NCBI GenBank assembly: GCA_024679065.1
Contig: JAGIQG010000004.1
Span: forward strand, 54,932,001 to 54,996,000
From: Sphyrna mokarran
Taxonomy: Eukaryota
Length of the DNA: 64,000 nt
Direction of reading: 5' to 3'
Shown here: positions 37,959 to 48,300 of the stretch, piece after piece
How the letters are laid out: every line of letters starts with the position of its first letter
Position numbering within the stretch: position 1 is the stretch's first letter
Translations under genes and position numbers: made by a program
Notes under the pieces: generated by a model
What the model was told of the DNA's origin: nothing
Seen by the model: only the letters and a program-made list of their open reading frames with translations
Database searches by the model: none

Positions 37959-38019
37959 TTTCAATTCCATGAAGGTGTTATTTGATACTTTTCGCCATAT
38001 AAACCTCTGAAGCACGTTT

Positions 38020-40520
38020 AGAGCACAGAAAATAGAACATTACAGCGCAGTACAGGCCCTTTGGCCCTCGATGTTGTGCCGACCAGTGGCACCAATCTAA
38101 TGACTCTCTATCTAACCTATTCCAATGTTATCCATATGCTTATCCACTGACCATTTGAACGTCCTTAAAGTTGGCGAGTCCACAACTGCTGCAGGCAGGG
38201 CATTCCACGCCCTTACTACCCTCTGAATAAAGATCATACCTCTGACATCCGTCCTATAACTACCACCTCTTAATTTAAAGCTATGTCCCTTCGTGTTAGC
38301 CATCATCATCCAAGGAAAAAGGCTGTCACTATCCACCCTATCTAACCCTCTGACCATCTTGTATGCCTCAATTAGGTCACCTGATAACCTTCTTCTCTCT
38401 AATGAAAATAACCTCAAGTCCCTCAGCCTTTCCTCATAAGACGTTCCCACCATACCATGCAACATCCTGGTAAACCTCCTTTCCAATGCCTCCTCATCTT
38501 TATTATAATGCAGCGACCAGAACTGTATGCAATACTCCAAGTCCGGCCACACCAGAGTTTTGTACAGTTGCAACATGACCTCACAGCTCTGAAATTCAAT
38601 CTTCTACCAATAAAAGCTAACACACTGTACGACTTCTTAACAACCTGATCAACCTGGGTGTCAACTTTCAGGGATCTATGCACATGCACACCGAAATCTC
38701 TCTGCTCGTCGACACTACCAAGAATCCTTCCATTAGCCCTATATTCTGTACTCCTGTTCCTCTTACCAAAGTGAATCATCTCATACTTTTCCGTATGAAA
38801 CTCCATTTGTCACCTCTCAGCCCAGCTCTGCAGCTTATCTATGTCCCTCTGCAAACTGTAACATCCATCCTCACTGTCTACAACTCCTCTGACTTTGGTG
38901 TCGTCAGCAAATTTACTAACTCATCCTTCTACACCCTCATCTAAGTCACTTATAAAAATGACGAACAGCAGTGGCCCCAAAACAGATCCCTGAGGTACAC
39001 CACTTGTAACTGAACTCCAGGTTGAATATTTCCCATCAACAACCACCCCCTGTCTTCTATCAGCAAGCCAATTCCTATCCAAACTGCTAATTCACCCTCA
39101 ATCCCATGCATCTGCAATTTCTGCAGTAGCCTAACATGGGGAACCTTATCAAATGCTTAGCTAAAATCCATATACACCACGTTAACTGCCTTACCCTTAT
39201 CTACCTCTTTGGTTACCTTTTCAAAAAACTCAATAAGGCTTGTGAGGCACGACCTACCCTTCACAAAACCGTGTTCACTATCCCTAGTCAACCTTGTTCT
39301 CTCTAGATGACTATAAATCCTATCCCTTATAATACTTTCCAAAACTTTGAGAAGTTAGGCTCACCGGTCTATAATTCCCAGGGTGGTCTCTACTCCCCTT
39401 CTTGAACAAAAAGACAACATTTGCTACCCTCCAGTCTTCCGGCACTATATCTGTAGCAAATGACAGCATGAAGATTAAAGCCAAAAGCTCTGCAATCGCC
39501 CCCCTAGCCTCCCAGAGAATCCTAGGGTAAATCCCATCCGGTCCAGGGGACTTATCAATTTTCATACTCTCAAGAATTGCTAACACCTCCTTATGTATCT
39601 CAATCCCATCTCGTCTACAGCCCTGTATTTCATTATTCTCCTCGACTACACTGCCTTTCCCTGCGTGAATACTGACGAAAAATGCTCAGTCAGTGCCTCT
39701 CCTATCTCTTCAGGTTCCATGCACAACTTCCCACTGTTGTGACTGACTGGCCCTAATCTTACCCTAACCAATTTTTTATTCTTGACATACCTATAGAAAG
39801 CTTTAGGGTTCTCCTTGATCCTATCCGCCAAAGTCTTCTCATATCCTCTTCTAGCTCTTCTTAACTCTCTCTTTAGCTCCTTCCTGGCTAATTTATAACT
39901 CTCCAGTGCCCGAACTGAGCCTTCACATTTCATCTTTATGTAAGCCTCCTTTTTCCTCTTCAGCAGAGATTCAACTTCCTTAGTATACTACTGTTCCCTC
40001 CCTCGGTCACTTCCTCCATGCCTGACAGGTACATATTTATCAAAGACTCGCAGTAACTGCTCCTTGAATAATTTCCACATTTCAGATGTTCCCCGGCCTT
40101 GCAGTTTCCTACTTCAATCTACATATCCTAAATCTCACCTGATAACCTCATAATTACCTTTCCCCCAGCTATAACTTTTACCTTTCGGTATATGCCTATC
40201 CCTTTCCATCACTCAGGTAAATGTAACCGAATTGTGGTCACTATCACCAAAATGCTCACATACCTCCAAGTCTAACAACTGGTCTGGTTCATTACCCGGT
40301 ACCAAATCCAATATAGCCTCACCTCTTGTTGGCCTATCTACGTATTGTGTCATGAAAGCTTAGTGCAGGTATTGGACAAAAACTGACCCCTCTAATGTGC
40401 TTACACCATAGCTTTTCCAATCGATATTTGTAAAGTTAAAGTCCCCCATAAAACTACCCTGTTACTTTTGCTCCTATCCAGGATTATCTTTACAATCCTT
40501 TCCTCTACATCTCTGGAATT
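38020..40520 (-). mobile_element. CR1 (HER1-like) LINE, 2.5 kb, endonuclease end to 3' tail, disrupted
   Basis: ORFs 39646..39933, 39320..39586 (KSPGPDGIYPRIL, NYRPVSLTS), 39157..39342 (HGFVKGRSCLT), 38423..38806 and 38112..38576. Confidence 0.95.
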
Positions 40521-41521
40521 TATGTCATCCAATTCAGATTTCTGCAGCATCCTCAATTTGAAATGATCCTGTATTCGTGGTCCTGATTCATTAGTGATGT
40601 TCCTAAATTATGGCATTCTCTCCCTAATCCATTCCGCCTGCATAATATAGAGATCCAAGCGAAGATAACAAAAAACTATCTAACATTAAAGAGGCCATAG
40701 TTTTTTGCTGCACCAGCACTGATACTGGACAAACTATAACAGTTGTTATGCAAGACTAGCTCGTTTTCAGGGTGTTGCACTCAACAGAAAAATGTACTTC
40801 GTTGCAACAGAGATGAGCTAAGAGGCGTTTTCCTTACTTAGCCTTCCAAATCCACGCGACTCTAGCAATATTTAGCAACACGCGTTACTAATAGCAGAAC
40901 AAACCCACCAGCGCTTCAGTATACCTTTTCGAAGTGTTGACCTTTCCAATGCTGTTCATGAATCCCTACTTTGAATATTAAAAATCTTGCTAATCCCAGG
41001 AAGGTATCATAGACAGATTTCGTTGTTCACAGCCAACGGTGCTGTGGAGCGAGCACGTCAGCCTCCGGGGATTGTTCTGGAGTGAAACATTAATCTGGGC
41101 ACTACTGTTGATCAATTTAAGGATTTTCACTCCCAGTGTACATTGCTGTTTCTTTATAAATAAAAACTAATCCAGAAATCTGCCTGAAGGCAGAAAGCCA
41201 ACATATGCTCCCACTTGCATTCAAAGATACTTTGTCAATAAGTATCCACGGCCACTTCTAATTGCCATGGACGTTCGAGTCACCATATTTCCTTCTTTTT
41301 TATGTGTTTGCGCATAACGTTTTCAGAACATCTTTAGAATAATCATTACTGTGTTTCTTAAAGGGAATGCAAACTTCTCAAAAGATTCACTTATAATCGT
41401 CCAGTTATGTAGTAGGAAATATATTTTCACGTATTATTGATTCCCAAGTCCCATTTTATGGAGCAATCTGGCAGGAAGTTCGATGCCCAGTGGAATACGA
41501 ATGCAGAAATACCGAGCACTG

Positions 41522-41823
41522 CTCTGAGGCCTCGGGTTCGATTCCCACTATGGCCCATGAGAAACTTTGAATTCAATTGAAAAAAAAAATCTGGAATTCA
41601 AAAGCCAAATGATGACCAGGAAAGCATTTCGTTAAAAAAAAAACTGGTTCTCTAATGCTTTTCAGGGAAGGAAATGTGCTATTATTTCCATGCTTAGCTT
41701 GCATGCGACTTCAGATACACGCAATGCGTTTGACTTTTAACTCCCTCTGAAATGGTCTAGTAGGGTACTGAGAAGGGCAGCACATGCTAATCTGCTCAGC
41801 AAAGCCTAGATCCTAACAGAAAA
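41522..41823 (+). mobile_element. Deu-domain SINE
   Basis: B box gggttcgattccc, core ctggttctctaatgcttttcagggaaggaaat. Confidence 0.65.
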
Positions 41824-41835
41824 ATTATATCTGTG

Positions 41836-42790
41836 ATCAGTAATGATAGGCAATAGCATCTTCTTCATGATTATCCTCAATACCAGTGTCCCGCAAGGCT
41901 GTGTCCTGAGCCCTCCACTTTGCTCCTAATACATCTATGATTGTTTGGTCAAATTCCCCTCCAATTCGATTTTCACGTTTGCTGATGACACTAGCATAGT
42001 GGTCGGATCTCAAACAACGATGAGATAGAATATAGGACTGACTGAATTGGCGGAACAACCATAATCCTTCCCTCAATGTTAGTAAAATGAAGGAGAGAAT
42101 CATCGACTTCAGGAAGCTTAATGGAGAACATGCCCCTCTTGACAGCAACAGGGATGAAGTGGAAATCATTGAAAGCTTCAATTTTCTCGGTGGCTAAATC
42201 ACCAATGACCTATCCTGGACACTTGACACCAGCGCTATAGCTAAGAAAGCCCACCAACACCTCTACTTTCTCAGGGGTCTAAGGAAATTCAGCATGTCCG
42301 CTTCAACTCCACCAAATTTTGTAGATACACCAGAGAAAGCAACATTTCTGGATATATCACAACTTGATATGGCTCCTGCTCTGACTAAGACCTCAAGGCA
42401 CTAAAACGGGTCGTGAACGAAGCCCAATCCATCGCGCAAACTAACCTTCCATACATTGACTCTGTCTACACTTCCCACTCCCACGGAAAAGTAGCCAAGG
42501 AGCGTAATAATCAAGGACCCTATGCACCCAGGATGTACTCTCTTCCACAATTTTCCATTGGGAAAAAGATAAAAAGCCTAAGGTCATGTTCCAAAGGACT
42601 CAAGATCAGCTTCTTCCCCACTGCCATCGGACCTTTGAATAGACCTATTTTATATTAAGTTGACCTTTCTCGTCAGCCTAGATAGGACTATACTGCGACA
42701 TTTTGAAGCGTTATGCGTTGTTTCCTTAGGAACAACAAACAATGTTTTTCATTGTATACTAATACATGTGACAATAAAAGCTTAATTTAA
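41836..42790 (+). mobile_element. Rex1/Babar-like non-LTR retrotransposon 3' fragment
   Basis: IILNTSVPQGCVLSP, FTFADDT, SLNVSKMKE.IIDFRK and KKAHQHLYFLR remnants with stops and frameshifts. Confidence 0.8.
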
Positions 42791-42911
42791 AAGCAAGGTC
42801 TTCAAATGGAAGTCCCTTGCCTGTATCTTTACTAATTGGATGACAACATGATGTAGTGGATTTTTTTTTGTAAAACTTTTCCGTCATCATTTCCATCTCC
42901 AAATGTACGAT

Positions 42912-43804
42912 ATATAGTTGGAGGATAAGATTCAGCTTAATAAAGACCATTCCTCACCAAGTGCCCAGAATTTGTTTAAAGTTGACTTTTATGGCTGATT
43001 TTGGCAATGTGCTGAAGCTGTAATTTCTGAGTCACTGAGATCAGTGTTACAGTATTTTAGTATATAGAAAAATGCAATACGTATGGGAAATTTAAACTTA
43101 ACTTTCCTACATCTTGTGTAATCATTAGTAAGAAAAGGACAGACAATGTGTGCAGGAATAAGCCTTCGATCATGTAAAGGAATTAATTAAATAATTAAAT
43201 GCCAATACACGAAACAGTTACATTTTACCGTGGTAACGATAGTGCTGTTTAGAAAGGTGCAGTAACATGATTAAAACGGGACATCCGTTGCACGTGTGTG
43301 TCGCTATAATTATACATTGAAACACACGATGTAAAATAACTGCTGCTTTTGAATACTTGATACATCCAGTGTGTTGCAATGTTGCTACATTTAGAAATGA
43401 TACGTTCGCATTTCGAGAAGACCGAGAGAAATACGTCCCCTGCCAAGTTCCAATCGTTAGTACGCCTTGTCAATATTTAGCAACGTATAGGTGTAGCTCA
43501 AAGCAGAAAGTTACAAACCCCCAGCAAATAGTTTACACGCTATCAGCTTATCCAGATAAACGGCCACACATTGTCTGTCCTTTTCTTACTAATGATTGCA
43601 CAAGATTTAGGAAAGTTAACTTTAAATTTCCCATACGTATTGCACTTTTCTATATGCTAAAATACTGCAATACTGATCCAGTGACTCAGAAATTACAGCT
43701 TCAGCACATTGTCCAAAATCAGCCATAAAAGCCAACTTCAAAGAAATTCTGGGCACTTGGTGAGGAATGCCCCTTATTAAGCTGATTTTATCCTCCTACT
43801 ATAT
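42912..43804. repeat. ~240-bp inverted repeat (arms 42912-43152 and 43565-43804, spacer ~410 bp)
   Basis: aagaaaaggacagacaatgtgtg versus cacacattgtctgtccttttctt, and cattcctcaccaagtgcccagaattt versus aaattctgggcacttggtgaggaatg. Confidence 0.95.
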
Positions 43805-44962
43805 TTTTTACATACCGTAATAGCCACTATTTGGGTTAATTTAGCGTCAAAATTATTTATACTACTTTGTTTCCATATTGAGTCAACAATTGTTTGTCAG
43901 GTAAGAAAATTAAATGTTAGGTAAACCAAAGCATTATGACAGTTGAACAGTTGCCCATTTACTTGCATTTTTCAGGATCCATCTCTTTCCAGATAAATGT
44001 TTCGTCGTCAGCCTAACCAAACGGATCAAACCCCAACAGGTCAAAAAAAAAAATGAACATGGCTTCTTCTGTGGAAGTATTTGAAGAAATAAATAAGACA
44101 ACAGAGAAAGAAGTTGCAGAAAATGCCGACTGCCTGGAGTAGAAAATGACAGTCTATCGATATAGGAGAATGGCGCTTGGATAAAGAATACATACATTTT
44201 GTTGCAAAATGGAATTCGATGCATATCCATAAAGGAAACTCTGATTGCTATGGGGAAAGAATCGGGATGGGAATAATTGGGCAACGCTGTCAAATTTCCA
44301 GCACGGGTCAAACGGTCACTTTCTCAGATACAGGATTCCACAATTCGACATGGTGTCATGTAGAAATAGATGTTTGTAAAGCAAGATACAACTCGAACCT
44401 ACTTTCAGTAAATCGATAGGGAAATTCAAGTATTCAGCTTCACCCGTTTTCTATCAGGTGCATCAGCTGAACTGGATACAACGCACTGGCACGTATTCAA
44501 CGTAATAAGGGGACGTATGAATCTACACCTTTTTTTCTGTTTTACTGAACAAAGTTAATACTGATCGTTAATTTGTAAGGAGTCCTAGAAAAACGATTTT
44601 TAAAAAAATTTACTTTACTATACAGATAATTAGGTACCACGGGACACAATGTATCGTTGTAGCCGAAAGAACATATTTGTCATTGTTTTTAAAATGTACT
44701 CATTGAACAATACCGTATGACAAGACAGTTTTTTTTAAGCAACGAAAATAAACTTCTGGAAGTAACTGAGTAGCAAGTGACTACCACGTACTGCATTATC
44801 TGATAGACATGATATCATAGAGCACAAACACTCCTGGTGTCGGTACTGCAGAGAGACGCGATCAGCGTACTCCAGAGAAGTGAATTCTGCGTCGAAATTC
44901 AATTGCTAATTGTTTTTCTTCTCCGTATGGCCAGACTCTTTTGCTCCATTTTGTTTCATTCT

Positions 44963-45070
44963 TCACAGTTGGGCATAATCAGTGCATCTTTCGTTAGCTT
45001 TGCTGTTGTCTGAACTGGTCAACGCTACACGTGAGTATATCAAGTCATTACCGATTTTCCTTTGTTGAGT
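44963..45070 (-). other. Receptor B exon 7 homolog, relic ITIM/ITSM frame (TQQRKIGNDLIYSRVALTSSDNSKANERCTDYAQL*), 3' UTR in the full splice form
   Basis: Acceptor gaccttgcag intact, paralog of 1586-1479, TGA where copy A has CGG. Confidence 0.75.
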
Positions 45071-45302
45071 CTGCAAGGTCAATGTTTGAAAATATTGTTT
45101 ACTGGTTACATCGCAAGTCCATGGTCCGCTGTTCAAATAAATTCATCAGAAGGGCACACAGATCATCTTATAGACAGCATAGGGGTAAAGTCAACAGAGA
45201 CATATTTCCTGCTTTATCGCATGGGTGTTAATGTTACAATGGTGTACTTTCTTTCTCTGATCGGTTACTCGGCCCCACCTAAGCATACTCACCTCGTCAC
45301 TT

Positions 45303-45356
45303 TTATGCTTTGGAGTTTTGCTCAAATCTACTGCGGCATATTTCAGACTCATTTTC
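45303..45356 (-). CDS. Receptor B exon 6 coding part, frameshifted (ENESEICRSRFEQNSKA*)
   Basis: Acceptor ccaagcag. The exon is 64 nt (45356-45293) versus 72 nt in copy A. TAA at 45305-45303, donor GAG|GTGAGT retained. Confidence 0.75.
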   Translation of the reverse strand, partial: ENESEICRSRFEQNSKA

Positions 45357-48300
45357 CTGCTTGGGCAAAAAGGAAAATTTTTGTTAAGCGGCTGGTTCAA
45401 TGTGTTCACTTGTTTAAAATAATTTCGATCAAACATTGAGTGGATTAACCTGGGATCGAATAAACCTGCGCAAAATATAATTAACTTACAATTACCTCAG
45501 CGCGAATATTAGGGCACTCGACACTTTACACTCTTATCCCAAATGTTTAAACCCGCCAATTTTAATCGACATAATTGTTACACGAATATCGAAACAGGCG
45601 GTAACTTCATTACGTAGAACTTATTTTCGATCTGAATGAATAAATGGATCGATGAAAGCTTAGTAACTGTATTTTCAACGAGATAAGCTGTTCTCTTTTC
45701 TAAACGTGTATCGCTGTTTGCCAATAAAGCAACTGTATTTCCACATCCGATTAAAATGTGGAATTTCATTGAGGGAAAAACAAGATGCGGAGATGCCGGC
45801 GTTAGACTGGGGTGGGTGCAATAAGAAGTCTCGCAGTACCAAGTTAAAAATTCAACTGATGCAGGAGCTGCGCACTGAAACTTCGAGATTCCAAAAAAAA
45901 AACCCTTTGGACTTTAACCTGGTGTTGTGAGACCTTTTACTGAAACAAAACAAATACATTTATTAAGTGGACTTAAACTGATCTGATTATATTAAATTTC
46001 CACTATATCAATCTTTCTTGGTGTTTCAACAAACTGCCTGTAAATGAATGAACCTACCAGTTCCTCGCTCCGTTTCCCTCCTGTTACACTTCCGTTTTTA
46101 TCTGAAAACAAGTGAAATTTAAAGATATTCAAATATAAAAGTACTGTAGAAGAATCTTACGGACCCGAAATATTAACTCTGTGTGCTTCTATACAGGCGC
46201 TACCAGAAGTGTTGACTTTATCCAGGATTTTCTATTTTTCAACTCATTTTTCACATCAGAGATTGGAAAGATAAGTCTATGGTTAAAGAAAAACCCAAGA
46301 GGATTTCTAATTTTGTAATGTGCGGAAAATAATTGAAATCCTTAGAACCAGCAGGGTACTTTAAAATATTTCGTGGGAGCAATGGTAATATTTCGCATCG
46401 TATGAGAAGGCGGGCAAGTGCCCAACATCAGCGACGGTAATATTGCGTGACGGAGCAGACCCGAGGAGCCATCTGGCCTTCTACTGCTCCTGTTTGTTTT
46501 GTAGCTCTCTGCACAGCCGTTCTCGGACCAGAGCCACAGTTAAAGCTAATTGTGACTCCACCACGCAGCGGTTTGGAAACTAATTTTGTGTGGGACTGCA
46601 TTTTGTTCATGTGGTTCCAAAACGAAGTATATTTGGAAACATCTAGATAACTGTTTTTATCTTTATTTTATCTCCATGTCTTAAAACATATTTTCAACAA
46701 TTAATGTTTCCTCAACATCATACGACTCTTTACAACTTTAATTCCGAACTGATCACCAGTTTACAGTAATTTTGGTCAAACATTGAGTGGATTAAACTAG
46801 GATCGAATAGACGTGCACAAAATATAATTAATTTACATTTACCTAAGTACGAATAGTAAGACACTCTAAACTATCAGTCGTGCCAAGGATATGTACAAAA
46901 ATCAAGTGTTATCTTACCTTTATTCTTTAGCATTTGTTGCTGCCGCGTAATGACAATCGCAAACACGAGGAATAATCCAACTAGTGCGCACACTCGAATC
47001 GAATAGTAAAGTAATATCGAGATATTTTCTGCAAGATTAATTGTGACATGAGGTAATAGTGGATATTAAATAAAAAAGGGCTCCAAGATATTTATTATTT
47101 AAACTATAGTGATGGTTGCACTAATCCTGCATTGTTCAACGGAAATAGAACGTTTGAATAAAAAAACTTGTTTGCAGCTAAGTATCTACAATATCTTCTT
47201 ATTCGAACACTTGGCCATTATTGGTTAATCTACGAAGACTAAAAGGCTGGCGTGATGTTTAGGCCAGACCGGGAAAGGGTGACTGATTTCCTTTCCTAAA
47301 AGTTATCAGAGAGCCAGGTCGGTTTTTGCGTCAGAATTATAGTTTCATCCCACATTACTAAAACGAATGTTTAGTTCAACATTTATGAATTGGTTTGAAA
47401 TGTCATGATGTGATTTGAAGCAATATCCTCATAGCTTTAGCCTGCACGTCTTGAGTAATAGGCTAGTGGCATTAAAATCTTGCCACCATCTTTCCTTAGT
47501 AGTATGCCATTGGAGATAATCGGACAAAAACCAAATGGTTCACCCTTAGTTGCTGCCTGAAAAGGCCTATTAAGCGACTCCGTTTAAGGGCAATTAGGCA
47601 TAAATAATAAATAATGACCTAGCCAGTGACCTTCACATTCCATGGAAGAGTTTACTTTTAAAAAATCGGTGAACCGGAAATACAGCATTTTTGCCGGTTA
47701 GAGTTTAAATAAGATTTATGAAACTGCTTTCAGTTAAACCCATCATGATCTGTAAGTAGGATGAGAAGATGGTCACTTGATTATTCCAAAGCTCTGCACT
47801 GAACATAACTGAACGTGTAACAATATCGAAATCCCATGGCAATCAGCCCTTGAGCAAACAATGGGCCTGCCGATCATAACAATAGTTTTCAAGCAAGAGG
47901 AGTTCGCAACGATCAAGTTTAAAGCATTTTCAACAAAATAAACAGAAAGTGAAAAAGACTAATAATATTCAGGTTAAGAAATATTACATTAGAAAATATG
48001 AATGGTTGCTTGATATTGTTCCGTTAGAAATCGAGGAATTTGAAAGGAAACATGTTTGGATTTTTGTTCTTATTTATGAGATGTGAGCTTTGCTGACGAA
48101 GCCAGCATTGCCCATTCCCAATTGTTCCTGAACAAAATGGCCTGCTAGAAAGTTGCAGGGGCAGTTAAGTTTCAACCACGTTACTCTGGCTCTGAAGTCA
48201 CAGGTAAACCTGGCTGACTAAGGAGGACAGATTTCCTTCGCTGAAGGACATTCGTGAATCGGATTGGTTTTTAAAACAAACGATCATAGTTACATGGTCA

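Noticed and set aside
45191-45436. ORF with an apparent ITIM (LKYAAV) as the tail of receptor B
   Set aside because: That frame is not reachable from the phase-0 exon 5 with the available acceptors. It is the out-of-frame relic of the ancestral ITIM exon.
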